In this document: positions 34,851 through 44,199 of the stretch, piece after piece | How positions within the stretch are numbered: the stretch's first letter is position 1 | Layout: every line of letters begins with the position of its first letter | NCBI GenBank assembly: GCA_023664685.1 | Contig: JAMPFC010000004.1 | Span: 1,233-65,232 of the forward strand | DNA length: 64,000 bases | Reading direction: 5' to 3' | From: Roseburia sp. | GTDB taxonomy: Bacteria; Bacillota; Clostridia; Lachnospirales; Lachnospiraceae | Translations under genes and position numbers: made by a program | The notes under the pieces: generated by a model | The model's input: only the letters and a program-made list of their open reading frames with translations | Told to the model about the DNA's origin: nothing | Databases searched by the model: none

Positions 34851-36059
34851 TCACCCTTTCAGCCACCCAAGCACATTCATCTGCTTGATTCCATTGTAAG
34901 AAGTCAGCGGTGTGTAGTCCATCGTGAGAAGGTATTTGGGATTGTGGTCACGGATCGCATCGAGCGGTCTTAACTCCCGCTGCAGCGTCGTCTCCTCCAG
35001 AACCGTAAGCGCCACCTGATAATACTCCATCCCCATCTCATTGACTGCGATAAAATCTACCTCTTCCTCCCCCATTTTTCCCACATACACTTCATAACCC
35101 CGGCGCAAAAGCTCGAGATATACCACATTTTCCAAAATATGCCCCATGTCCGCCGGCTTTGTTCCGAGCAGATAGTACCGAAGCCCGATATCTGCGACAT
35201 AGTATTTTACTCCCGTGGACAGGTATTGTTTTCCTTTGATATCGTACCTCTCCGCCTTGTACAAAATGTAGCTGTCCACAAGCGCAGAGATATAATTCTC
35301 CACCGTCGGTACGCTGATTTTTTTGCCCGCCGAGGTCATCGTATTTGCAATCTTTCTGGCGGAACATACATTTCCGATATTATCAAAAAGAAACCGGATC
35401 ACACTCTCCAACATAGCCGCATCCGTTATCTTCCTGCGGGTCATAATGTCCTTCAATAAAATAGATGTATAAATCCCCTCCAGATAAATACGGATATCCT
35501 GACTCCCCGAGAGTTCGAGCGTCCCCGGAAATGAGCTGTTCTGCAGATAATTTGTATACTGCTGCCCCAAATCCGAATGCTCTGGAAACGCAGAAAGATA
35601 TTCCCGGAATGAAAGCGGGAGCATCTTGATCTGCACGTATCTTCCCGACAGAAAAGTCGCCAACTCTCCGGACAGAAGAAATGCATTAGAACCTGTAATA
35701 TACAGATCCACATTTTTCTTCGTATACAGCCAGTCGACCGCCTTTTCAAACTCCTCCACCTGTTGGATTTCATCCAGAAAAACGTAATTCATGCGGTCTT
35801 CCACCAATTTCTCCTCGATATAATGATAGAGCTTTTCTGCAGTACAGATCGTCCTGAACTCACCCTCCTCCAGATTGATGGCAAGAATCTGCGTACTCTC
35901 CACGCCCTCCTCTAGCAATTCCTCCTGATACAGCTGAAAAAGGGTCGATTTTCCACAGCGGCGAATCCCTGTGACGACCTTGATCACATTTTTTTCACGA
36001 AAATGAGACAATAATTCCAGATATTCTTTTCGTACGATCAATATGACCACCTCCATCAC
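34851..36059 (-). CDS. AAA-family ATPase with DUF4143 domain (paralog of 2649..3863)
   Basis: Walker A GIRRCGKSTL and Walker B VFLDEIQ. It shares long identical strings with 2649..3863, including VDLYITGSNA, LLSGELAT, LSGRYV, MLPLSF, YDIKGKQYL, HILENVVYLEL and RRGYEVY. Confidence 0.85.
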   Translation of the reverse strand: MMEVVILIVRKEYLELLSHFREKNVIKVVTGIRRCGKSTLFQLYQEELLEEGVESTQILAINLEEGEFRTICTAEKLYHYIEEKLVEDRMNYVFLDEIQQVEEFEKAVDWLYTKKNVDLYITGSNAFLLSGELATFLSGRYVQIKMLPLSFREYLSAFPEHSDLGQQYTNYLQNSSFPGTLELSGSQDIRIYLEGIYTSILLKDIMTRRKITDAAMLESVIRFLFDNIGNVCSARKIANTMTSAGKKISVPTVENYISALVDSYILYKAERYDIKGKQYLSTGVKYYVADIGLRYYLLGTKPADMGHILENVVYLELLRRGYEVYVGKMGEEEVDFIAVNEMGMEYYQVALTVLEETTLQRELRPLDAIRDHNPKYLLTMDYTPLTSYNGIKQMNVLGWLKG

Positions 36060-36182
36060 ATTTTTATAAATTCATTTTAACACTTTCCCACTATTTTGTC
36101 AATTTTGTAAAATGAATTTTACATTTTTCCTTTTTTGACCCATTTTGTAAACTTATTATTCCCTTTTTTGCAAATATTATCC

Positions 36183-36220
36183 AAAAAAAGAGAGGCACGA
36201 CTATAAAATTTCGCACCTCT
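36183..36220 (-). terminator. Intrinsic terminator after the AICAR transformylase gene
   Basis: On the minus strand a 10-bp stem AGAGGTGCGA/TCGTGCCTCT (two G-U pairs) with a 10-nt loop is followed by CTTTTTTT. Confidence 0.55.
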
Positions 36221-36242
36221 TCTTCTTGTTGATTCGTTTTGA

Positions 36243-37421
36243 TCAGTGATGGAACAGTCTCAAACCGGTAAAACTCATTGCAATCCCATGACGGTTGCAG
36301 GCATCGATCACATCTTGGTCGCGGATCGAGCCGCCCGGCTGTGCGATGTACTTCACGCCGCTTCGGAATGCGCGCTCGATGTTATCATCAAATGGGAAAA
36401 AGGCATCCGAGCCAAGCGTAACATCTTTCGCATATTCCTTCAGCCATGCCGCCTTTTCCTCTTTTGTAAATACCGGCGGTTTTTCGGTAAAATATTTTTC
36501 CCAACAGCCATCTGCCAACACATCCATATAATCCTCGCCGATATAATTATCGATCGCATTGTCACGGTCTGCGCGTTTCATGTCGTCTTTAAATGGAAGG
36601 TTCAGCACCTGCGGCGACTGGCGCAAAAACCAGTTGTCCGCTTTTGTTCCGGCAAGTCTTGTGCAGTGGATGCGGGACTGCTGCCCTGCTCCGATCCCGA
36701 TCGCCTGTCCGCCCTTTACAAAACATACCGAATTTGACTGGGTATATTTTAGTGTAATCATGGAAATCGCCATATCGATCTTGGCAAGCTCCGGGATTTC
36801 TTTGTTTTCTGTCACAACATTACTAAAAAATTCATCATCGATCACAAGCTCGTTGCGCCCCTGCTCAAACGTAATACCAAAAACTTCTTTGCGCTCTAGT
36901 TCCTTTGGCTCATAATCCGGATCGATCTCAATAATCGCATAATTTCCCTTTTTCTTCCCTTTCAAAAGCTCAAGCGCCTCCGGCTCATAACCCGGCGCGA
37001 TAATCCCATCGGAAAATTCCCGCTTAATGATCTTCGCAGTCGACACATCACACACATCCGATAAGGAAATAAAATCACCATAAGAAGACATGCGGTCAGC
37101 GCCCCTTGCTCTCGCATACGCACACGCAAGCGGTGAGAGTTCTCCCAGATCGTCTACCCAATAAATCTTTGCCTCTACCTCGCTGAGCGGAAGCCCTACC
37201 GCAGCGCCCGCCGGGGAAACATGCTTAAAGGAAGTAGCTGCCGGATGCCCCGTCGCCTTTTTCAATTCTCGGACTAACTGCCATCCGTTAAAGGCATCCA
37301 AAAAATTTATATACCCCGGTTTCCCGTTTAATACTTTGATCGGGAGTTCTCCCTCTTCCATAAAAATCCGGGATGGTTTCTGGTTCGGATTGCATCCGTA
37401 TTTCAATTCTAATTCTTTCAT
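36243..37421 (-). CDS. purH: AICAR formyltransferase (PurH transformylase domain only)
   Basis: LKYGCNPNQ...FKHVSPAGAA...GQQSRIHC...AFFPF...GGSIRD are AICARFT motifs. There is no MGS-like IMP cyclohydrolase domain. The start is either MKELELKYG (37421, GGAG 6 nt upstream) or 37433 as in the ORF track. Confidence 0.85.
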   Translation of the reverse strand: MKELELKYGCNPNQKPSRIFMEEGELPIKVLNGKPGYINFLDAFNGWQLVRELKKATGHPAATSFKHVSPAGAAVGLPLSEVEAKIYWVDDLGELSPLACAYARARGADRMSSYGDFISLSDVCDVSTAKIIKREFSDGIIAPGYEPEALELLKGKKKGNYAIIEIDPDYEPKELERKEVFGITFEQGRNELVIDDEFFSNVVTENKEIPELAKIDMAISMITLKYTQSNSVCFVKGGQAIGIGAGQQSRIHCTRLAGTKADNWFLRQSPQVLNLPFKDDMKRADRDNAIDNYIGEDYMDVLADGCWEKYFTEKPPVFTKEEKAAWLKEYAKDVTLGSDAFFPFDDNIERAFRSGVKYIAQPGGSIRDQDVIDACNRHGIAMSFTGLRLFHH

Positions 37422-37448
37422 CTTAATCTCCATTCTTCTCTAAAATCT

Positions 37449-38189
37449 TTATTTATTTTTATTCACGATCTTTGAGCGGTACTCACCTGTCGCAATATCA
37501 ATATAACGCACAAAAAGAGACACTTTATTTTCTTCATTCAGGCTGTTCCAGAGCTGATCAGTAAAAGCCTCCATATCATCCGGCACCTCCACAAGCTTTG
37601 GCTCACCCTCAAAACTCGGAAGCGGGTTTCCATCGCACATATATGTATGCAGGAAATGTCCCTCACCCGCCGCAGGATTACTGTAAGCAAACGTATAGCG
37701 GTTACACGAATCCGGATTTCCATTGTTACTCTTCAAAATCGACATCGCATAATTATAACTGCCATCCTCTACATGCATGATTCCGGAAATACGCGGTGTG
37801 TAATTTGGCGCATCCGGCTCAAATTCCCTCGTGCGGAGTGCCTGCTCAAACGTCTGCTGCCTGTCCATCAGCCCATAGATCGTATCGGTCTGGTCGCCAT
37901 TTGTCACGATCGTTTTATTGCCGAGGACACGAACCGGCGCATAAATGATCAGGCTTGGATCGCTCAGCTTCGACGGATCGAATGCCTGCGTGCGGATTCC
38001 CTCACCGTCCTCTACAAAAATACGGTTCCGGCTGTTCTCACTGCGTCCCATGATAAAATAAGCTGTGACCGCATATTTCCCATTCGGAGATTTTCCGATC
38101 ACAATTCCCCGCCCCGGATACGCGTTTTCTTTCAGTTCCTTTTCCAGTGATAATTTCTGCATAAGCTCTCTCCTTTTCGTTTTGTTCAC
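37449..38189 (-). CDS. purO: PurO-type (archaeal-like) IMP cyclohydrolase
   Basis: 246 aa. NAYPGRGIVIGKSPNGKYAVTAYFIMGRSENSRNR resembles the IMP_cyclohyd family. It sits directly upstream of the transformylase-only purH. Confidence 0.7.
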   Translation of the reverse strand: MNKTKRRELMQKLSLEKELKENAYPGRGIVIGKSPNGKYAVTAYFIMGRSENSRNRIFVEDGEGIRTQAFDPSKLSDPSLIIYAPVRVLGNKTIVTNGDQTDTIYGLMDRQQTFEQALRTREFEPDAPNYTPRISGIMHVEDGSYNYAMSILKSNNGNPDSCNRYTFAYSNPAAGEGHFLHTYMCDGNPLPSFEGEPKLVEVPDDMEAFTDQLWNSLNEENKVSLFVRYIDIATGEYRSKIVNKNK

Positions 38190-38282
38190 CTGCTATGATA
38201 AACATATAATATTTTACGACAAATTTCAACCCTAAATATAGAAACTCCGCATCCGGAACTTCACATCCGCATCACATTTCTC

Positions 38283-38312
38283 TTGATGATCCTCCTTCAT
38301 GTATGCTATAAT
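38283..38312 (+). promoter_or_regulatory. Putative sigma-A promoter for the 93-aa ORF
   Basis: TTGATG (38283..38288), an 18-nt spacer, then TATAAT (38307..38312). It lies 41 nt upstream of the ATG at 38353, which has AGGAGG upstream. Confidence 0.45.
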
Positions 38313-38352
38313 ATAGAAAATATTTTTAAAGATAACTAGGAGGATATTTCTT

Positions 38353-38634
38353 ATGGCAGGTTTTTTTGACAAAGTTTCCGATGTGATCAACAATACCGCA
38401 AACGATATTTCAGATAAGGCAAAAGAATTTTCTGAGGTCTCTTCCCTGAACGGACAGATCCGAAGTCAGGAAAAACTCATCGAAAATGCATACCGCGAAA
38501 TTGGAAAAAGCTATTACGAAGCTCATGCAAATGCGACAGAAGACGCCTATCTTGAACAACTCCAGACAATAACAGAGGCAAAAAAGACCGCTGAAAAACT
38601 GCGTGAAGATGTTGCAAATATCAAGGGAAAATAA
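38353..38634 (+). CDS. Hypothetical small coiled-coil protein
   Basis: 93-aa ORF with a strong RBS (TAGGAGGA) and its own promoter. Helical and charged, with no recognised motif. Confidence 0.55.
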   Translation: MAGFFDKVSDVINNTANDISDKAKEFSEVSSLNGQIRSQEKLIENAYREIGKSYYEAHANATEDAYLEQLQTITEAKKTAEKLREDVANIKGK

Positions 38635-38650
38635 TTCTTTTTCTTATTGG

Positions 38651-40075
38651 TCACTTTAATCTTCCCGTATAAAAATCCCTATCCCGTTTGCGCTCGTTCC
38701 GGCGGTTTTTCTTGTATCTGCGCCGGTTCTCCGTCTTGATCTGGTACGCCCTGATCTTAATAAAGCAAACGACTGCCACGATCACGATGCAGATAATGAG
38801 AATGCTAACAAGAATCACCTTTTTCCACGGAAATGGCTCTTTATTTGCCGTCTCCACCGCCTCGTCAAACCATTTACTCATATCGATGCTGTCCCGGAGT
38901 GTAGGCGAATCATTTTCATCATAATAAATATTGGAAGCGCCTACCTCCTGTCCATCGTATGTGTAAGAGAGGCGGCCGATCACTTTTTTTCCGTCCTGCT
39001 CTACAATCTTATCATAGTATTCTACCTTTTTTTCCGCCTGATCTACCGTCACGCCTTTGGGAAGGATAAGCCCCGCATCCTCATCAAGATGGAGTGAACT
39101 CGTATTTTTGCTGTAAAATGGGCTAAAATCCGTAAACAAATACTGCTCGTTGATATTGCTAGCGGTATCATCCCCGATCGGAACCTTATCATAATTTTCA
39201 AAACAATAATTAAAAAGTTTGGTCGTATCCGTATACGCATTGGGCTGCTGCCAAACCGAATTGTCGCATTTGAGGATCGCACACACCAATTCCATGTCGT
39301 CTTTTTTTGCAAATGTAACAAGCGTATTCCGGCACTTGATCGTATAACCGGTCTTTCCACCCTCGCAGTACTCATAACCATACTGCGGATAATTCGCCGG
39401 GTTGATCATCTTATGGTGATTGTCGAGAATATAGCCTTCCTTTCTCTTATTTGTCTTTGACATGAGAAACCGCTTTGTTCCGACGATGGTCTTAAAATCC
39501 GGATTGCGGATCGCCGCTCTCCCGATCAGCGCCATATCGTATGCCGACGTATAGTGGTCTTTTTTCCAGAGACCATTTGTATTGGCAAAGTGGGTATTTT
39601 TGCAACCAAGCGCTTTCGCCTTTTCGTTCATTTTATCAACGAAAGAGTCGATATCACCGGCGACATGCTCTGCCACTCCGTTACATGCCTCATTGGCAGA
39701 CCGCAGCATGATCGCATAAAGGCTCTCCTCCATGCTGATCTTTTCGCCGACCTCGATCTCCGCATTGGAAGCGCCGGATTCCCAATTTGCAAATGCATTA
39801 TCCGTATATACGACCTCCTCCGACATGGAAGAATTTTCCAGTGCCACGAGCGCTGTCATAATTTTTGTAATACTCGCCGGATATTCTTTTTTATCCATAT
39901 TTTTGTTATACAAAACAGCACCCGACTGTGCATCAATGACACACCCTGCCTCGGCAATGATACTCGGCGGTGTTTTTTTCGCCGCATGTGTTTCGTCTGT
40001 ATTTATGTTGAGCGCTGTGAGCAGGCACAAGCCCGCAAACACTATTTTAACGGTCTTTTTCATTTTAGATTTCAA
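38651..40075 (-). CDS. D-alanyl-D-alanine carboxypeptidase (S11 low-MW PBP) with C-terminal TM anchor
   Basis: Signal peptide, SxxK motif ASITKIMT, SAN triad (LRSANEA), KTG (GGKTGYT), and C-terminal TM VILVSILIICIVIVAVVCFI. Confidence 0.85.
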   Translation of the reverse strand: MKSKMKKTVKIVFAGLCLLTALNINTDETHAAKKTPPSIIAEAGCVIDAQSGAVLYNKNMDKKEYPASITKIMTALVALENSSMSEEVVYTDNAFANWESGASNAEIEVGEKISMEESLYAIMLRSANEACNGVAEHVAGDIDSFVDKMNEKAKALGCKNTHFANTNGLWKKDHYTSAYDMALIGRAAIRNPDFKTIVGTKRFLMSKTNKRKEGYILDNHHKMINPANYPQYGYEYCEGGKTGYTIKCRNTLVTFAKKDDMELVCAILKCDNSVWQQPNAYTDTTKLFNYCFENYDKVPIGDDTASNINEQYLFTDFSPFYSKNTSSLHLDEDAGLILPKGVTVDQAEKKVEYYDKIVEQDGKKVIGRLSYTYDGQEVGASNIYYDENDSPTLRDSIDMSKWFDEAVETANKEPFPWKKVILVSILIICIVIVAVVCFIKIRAYQIKTENRRRYKKNRRNERKRDRDFYTGRLK

Positions 40076-40084
40076 TTCCTTCCT

Positions 40085-41179
40085 CTAGTGAACTTCTGTA
40101 ATATTTACTTCTCTTTCTTTCGATAAGTCAAAAAGCGTTCCATCATCAAGCAGGATCGTAGGCCTTGACAATTCATTCTTATTGATCAGTACGATCTTTC
40201 CCGTCTTTCCGTTACTCAGGACAACTTCATGCTGAAGATACGTATTGGTCATATTATTTAAAAGCGGCACGAGAAAAATCGGATTAAACTGCTTTTTCCC
40301 ATCCTCCTCAAAAATCCGGATCACATCAAATGGACTCATCCCTTTTCGGTAAACCCTCGTAGCTGTCATCGCCTCGTACACATCGGCAATCGCAGTGATC
40401 GCTGCATAAGGATCGATTTCACTCGTTGTAAATCCAAAGGGATATCCCTTTCCGTCACATCGCTCATGATGGAGAAGAACCGCTCGCTTGACGCTCTCTG
40501 GAATTTTCTTATCCTTAAGGCTCTGGTATCCCCTCATCGGGTGCTGGCGGATCTCCTCGTACTCGTCTTCTGTCAGCCGGTCTGGCTTGCGGAGTACCTC
40601 TTTATTGATAAGAAGTTTTCCGACATCGTGAAGAAGACCGCACAGCGTAAGCTGATTTTTCTCATGCTCATTCATGCCAAGCCAGTCTGCAAAAACATTA
40701 TTGATCATCGCCACATTCAGACAGTGCCGGTATGTCTCGTCGTCAAATCTTTTTATGTTGTGAAGCATATCAAAAATATGGTATTTGCTTCGTGACTTAA
40801 ATACCAGCTTGTCCACATCTTCAACCAGCCTTGCCTGATCGATCTCCCCATCTGCCTTTAACAGCTGATTCATGTTTTTCATCACATTATTGGCGGTCAG
40901 ATCGTAGTTTTCCTTAAATTCGACAAACTCCTGTTTTTCCTCCGGAGACATATATTCGTTTTCCAGTTCATCGTCCTCTAATGGCATCTCCACCATGTCA
41001 TTATCATATACCGGAACACTCATGATCCCCATAAAAGTTATTCTGGTGATCGTTTTGTCATTGATCTCCGAATCCTTCGGTATCAAAAGCCGGTCATTTC
41101 TCGAATATACATCCCGCGCCGCCACCATACCCGGTATCAAGTTGCTCACCGGCACGGTTATCACTTTTTCTTCGTTCAT
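40085..41179 (-). CDS. HD-GYP domain protein (putative cyclic-di-GMP phosphodiesterase)
   Basis: HDVGK and HHERCDGKGYP motifs in the C-terminal half. The N-terminal domain is unassigned. Confidence 0.8.
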   Translation of the reverse strand: MNEEKVITVPVSNLIPGMVAARDVYSRNDRLLIPKDSEINDKTITRITFMGIMSVPVYDNDMVEMPLEDDELENEYMSPEEKQEFVEFKENYDLTANNVMKNMNQLLKADGEIDQARLVEDVDKLVFKSRSKYHIFDMLHNIKRFDDETYRHCLNVAMINNVFADWLGMNEHEKNQLTLCGLLHDVGKLLINKEVLRKPDRLTEDEYEEIRQHPMRGYQSLKDKKIPESVKRAVLLHHERCDGKGYPFGFTTSEIDPYAAITAIADVYEAMTATRVYRKGMSPFDVIRIFEEDGKKQFNPIFLVPLLNNMTNTYLQHEVVLSNGKTGKIVLINKNELSRPTILLDDGTLFDLSKEREVNITEVH

Positions 41180-41346
41180 ACCATCACCAACTTTTATATC
41201 TTCTTTTCCAATTATTATAATACACGATTTCTATACATTTTCCAACACTAACTTCTCATTTTTATCTTTTTTATTAGAAAAAATTATGTTACAATGAACG
41301 ATAGCATACTCATGCAAAGTAAATATGAAGGGATTTCAGTTAAAAA

Positions 41347-41985
41347 ATGAGATTAAGAAATGTCAAGGGTGCGGAAGAATTTATTGCAAACAGCAGTTAT
41401 GTCGTACAAGACCCGCAGGAATATAAAGGAAAATGGAACACCTTTTTTCAGAACGAAGCACCTCTCCACATCGAGATTGGCATGGGAAAAGGAAAATTTA
41501 TCCATTCGCTGGCGCAGTCCGAGCCGGATACAAATTTTATCGGCATTGAAATGTACTCCAGTGTATTATACCGGGCGATCGAAAAAAGACAGGAGACCGA
41601 TCTGGAAAATCTTTTCTTTATCCGAATGGACGCCAAAAATCTGGAAGACGTTTTTGATGATGGTGAAATCGAAAGAATTTATCTGAATTTCTCAGATCCG
41701 TGGCCAAAAGAGCGGCATGCAAAACGGAGACTGACTTCTCCGCTTTTTCTTGAGCATTATGATAAAGTCCTCTCAAAAGACGGAGTCCTGTGCTTTAAGA
41801 CCGACAATCGGCCTCTTTTTGACTATTCGGTCGAAACGATAGAAAATACCGAACCGTGGAAACTAAAAGACGTCACGTATGATCTGCATCACAGTCCTTA
41901 TGCAGAGGGAAATGTCATGACAGAATATGAGGAGAAATTTTCCGCAAAAGGTATGCCGATCCACCGTCTGGTCGCTTACCGCTAG
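41347..41985 (+). CDS. trmB: tRNA (guanine46-N7)-methyltransferase
   Basis: 212 aa. IEIGMGKGKFI...FIGIE...NFSDPWPKERH..RRL matches TrmB. Confidence 0.9.
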   Translation: MRLRNVKGAEEFIANSSYVVQDPQEYKGKWNTFFQNEAPLHIEIGMGKGKFIHSLAQSEPDTNFIGIEMYSSVLYRAIEKRQETDLENLFFIRMDAKNLEDVFDDGEIERIYLNFSDPWPKERHAKRRLTSPLFLEHYDKVLSKDGVLCFKTDNRPLFDYSVETIENTEPWKLKDVTYDLHHSPYAEGNVMTEYEEKFSAKGMPIHRLVAYR

Positions 41986-42187
41986 TTGGGCAGGCACACT
42001 TCCGATTTTCTTTACATAAAATAAAGAAAAAGAGATTTTATCCATGAAACATTTTGATCGGGTCATCCGCAATTTTTTTCTGGGAAAACCGGGACTCTGC
42101 AAAAAAATGAACCAAATCGTAAATTCGACACATCATATTATGAAGCTTTTGAACATCAAATAGGGGTCTTGCCAAAGCCAGATCCCT

Positions 42188-43384
42188 TTATTCTTTTTTA
42201 TGATGCATCTCCTTCAACATCCGGTCTTTTATTTTTCTCTCCATAACAACATTGATGATATGCATAAGGGCAGCAACCGCCGGCACACCGAGGAACATCC
42301 CGAGAACTCCAAAATAAGCTCCTCCCACTGTGATGCCGAAAATAACCCACAGCGGCTTGATGCCAGTCAGATCACCGAGTATCCTCGGCCCCAGATATAA
42401 TCCGTCAAACTGCTGCAGAATCAGAATCATGATCACATAAATGATCGCATATTTTGGCTCGATCACAAGATAAATGATCACGCCGGGCACAGCGCCGATA
42501 AACGGGCCAAAGTACGGAATCATATTTGTCACCCCGACGATCACACTCAGAAGCAGCGCATACGGTAACTGGATCACTGTCATTACGATCAGGGAAAGGA
42601 TTCCTATGATCAGGGAATCAATCGTCTTTCCAAATAAAAATCCATTAAATATGTGGTTGCACTCGCGGATCGTATCCCAGATCACCGGCGCATTCTTTCT
42701 TTTTGAAAATACAAAAACGATTCTTCGCATCTGTTTTATGATCTTACTCTTATCTAGTATGATGTAACATGAAATGACGATTGCAAAAATAATATTGATC
42801 AGTCCCGCAACAAAAGAAGCCGATATGTTATATATATAAGGAAATACTACTTTTGCCAGATCCGTCCCATATCCAAAAATATTTTCCGGCAAAACATCCC
42901 TCAGCAGCCTGCTGATGTCATCCATCGGAAGAAATGGGTATTTTTCCTGAATCTGTGCCTTATTATTTACAATATAATTATATCCGTTTCCGAGAGATTT
43001 GGTCAGCTCACGGATACTTTGTGAAATCTGGGGAACAATATAAACGATCGTTACCGTCACCAGTCCGATCAAAAAAACATAAGAAATAGCCACGCTCGCA
43101 TATTTACATGCTTTCTCCCGCCTGCCTTTAAAAAATATGCGATCCAGAAAATTATTGATATTTACGACCATTGGGTTAATGAGGAATGCAAGGACAACTC
43201 CCATAATAAATGGCATGAGTATTTTGATCAGTCTCCCGATCTCATACATGACTGCGTTCCAGTTCATAATGACCGTAATGACGATCGTACATGCTGCGAT
43301 GATCAGCACAAGTGTACCTGTATTGGCAAGTACTGCTTTCAGGGTATCTTTTATTTTTCGGTTTGTTTTTGAGTTTTTTCCCAT
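42188..43384 (-). CDS. AI-2E family transporter (PerM/YtvI-like permease)
   Basis: 398-aa polytopic membrane protein with the C-terminal pattern IPYFGPFIGAVP...LGP.ILG typical of the family. Confidence 0.75.
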   Translation of the reverse strand: MGKNSKTNRKIKDTLKAVLANTGTLVLIIAACTIVITVIMNWNAVMYEIGRLIKILMPFIMGVVLAFLINPMVVNINNFLDRIFFKGRREKACKYASVAISYVFLIGLVTVTIVYIVPQISQSIRELTKSLGNGYNYIVNNKAQIQEKYPFLPMDDISRLLRDVLPENIFGYGTDLAKVVFPYIYNISASFVAGLINIIFAIVISCYIILDKSKIIKQMRRIVFVFSKRKNAPVIWDTIRECNHIFNGFLFGKTIDSLIIGILSLIVMTVIQLPYALLLSVIVGVTNMIPYFGPFIGAVPGVIIYLVIEPKYAIIYVIMILILQQFDGLYLGPRILGDLTGIKPLWVIFGITVGGAYFGVLGMFLGVPAVAALMHIINVVMERKIKDRMLKEMHHKKE

Positions 43385-43475
43385 GAAAATATCCTTTCTC
43401 TCTCTACAGGTTTTTAATATTATTTACATTTTATTTATACTTTAGATAAAATTTTTAAATTTTTTAAATTTTTGC

Positions 43476-43504
43476 TTGCTTTTTTTTTTAAACTATTATA
43501 TAAT
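43476..43504 (+). promoter_or_regulatory. Putative sigma-A promoter for tRNA-Lys
   Basis: TTGCTT (43476..43481), a 17-nt spacer, then TATAAT (43499..43504). It lies 21 nt upstream of the tRNA 5' end. Confidence 0.5.
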
Positions 43505-43525
43505 AGGTTTTGCAGATTTATTTAG

Positions 43526-43598
43526 GCGCTTTTAGCTCAGTTGGTAGAGCACCTGACTCTTAATCAGGGTGTCTGGGGTTCGAGCCCCCAAAGGCGTA
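43526..43598 (+). tRNA. tRNA-Lys (anticodon CTT)
   Basis: Hand-folded cloverleaf. Acceptor GCGCTTT/AAGGCGT (two G-U pairs), D arm GCTC-AGTTGGTA-GAGC, anticodon arm CCTGA-CTCTTAA-TCAGG, T arm TGGGG-TTCGAGC-CCCCA, discriminator A. No encoded CCA. Confidence 0.9.
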
Positions 43599-43674
43599 CT
43601 CCCGAGTCCTTGTTTGGCAGACCTGCAACTGCTGGGTAAGGGCTTTTTTTTACCCAAAAATCGGAGATTGACTA

Positions 43675-44172
43675 TCAGCTAATCTTTGCAGTCTCCAAAG
43701 CCTGTCTCTCCTCTTCGGACAAAGTGACAAACACTTCCCCATTTTTTACTTCTTTAATATAAGTATAGCATCCCTCGCTGTTTGAATGCATCGAATTTAA
43801 AATAAATCCGTCATTATCCTTTGTGAGAAGAACAAGAACAAAACTAAGCGTTCCGCCAATTTCCTTAAAGGCGTCATATTTCACGATACCGATCTTCTGG
43901 TATGTCCGCAGCAGATTCGCATCGATCCGGTTCAAGCGGGTGCTGATATTTTTCAACTCTTCGTTTACATAATCCATATTCTCGAATTTTTTCTGAAAAG
44001 ACTCCTCAAGGCTTCTTCCATTCTGCCCATCCATAAAAACCAGATACTTTCTTTTCATCCCACTTACCATCACCAGAAGAACAATAATCAGTATAGCAAA
44101 TATCACACATACTCCCGCGAGTACTACAATCGTCATATCGGTTTCTAAACCATAATCTCTTAAACGAAACAT
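43675..44172 (-). CDS. DUF4446-family membrane protein (conserved partner downstream of parB)
   Basis: I start it at MFRLRDYGL behind AAAGGAGA; the ORF track starts at 44190. It has one N-terminal TM. VKYDAFKEIGGTLSFVLVLL..DNDGFILNS matches the DUF4446 pattern. Confidence 0.7.
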   Translation of the reverse strand: MFRLRDYGLETDMTIVVLAGVCVIFAILIIVLLVMVSGMKRKYLVFMDGQNGRSLEESFQKKFENMDYVNEELKNISTRLNRIDANLLRTYQKIGIVKYDAFKEIGGTLSFVLVLLTKDNDGFILNSMHSNSEGCYTYIKEVKNGEVFVTLSEEERQALETAKIS

Positions 44173-44199
44173 TTTTCTATCTCCTTTCAAACATACGTT

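Noticed and set aside
38190-38352. Possible purine riboswitch upstream of the purO-purH operon (GTTTCTA and CGTAAAAT strings on the minus strand)
   Set aside because: I tried to fold it against the xpt guanine riboswitch layout (P1, P2 with L2 GAUAUGG, J2/3 GUUUCUACC, P3 with L3 CCGUAAAU). The flanking stems and the L2 loop are absent, and GATGCGGA occurs as a direct repeat rather than an inverted one. A covariance-model scan would settle it.
43633-43656. AT-rich hairpin TGGGTAA...TTACCCA after tRNA-Lys
   Set aside because: The stem has 7 bp and is mostly A/T, with a T-rich loop. It could be a weak bidirectional terminator for the tRNA and the convergent DUF4446 gene, but it is too weak to list as a feature.
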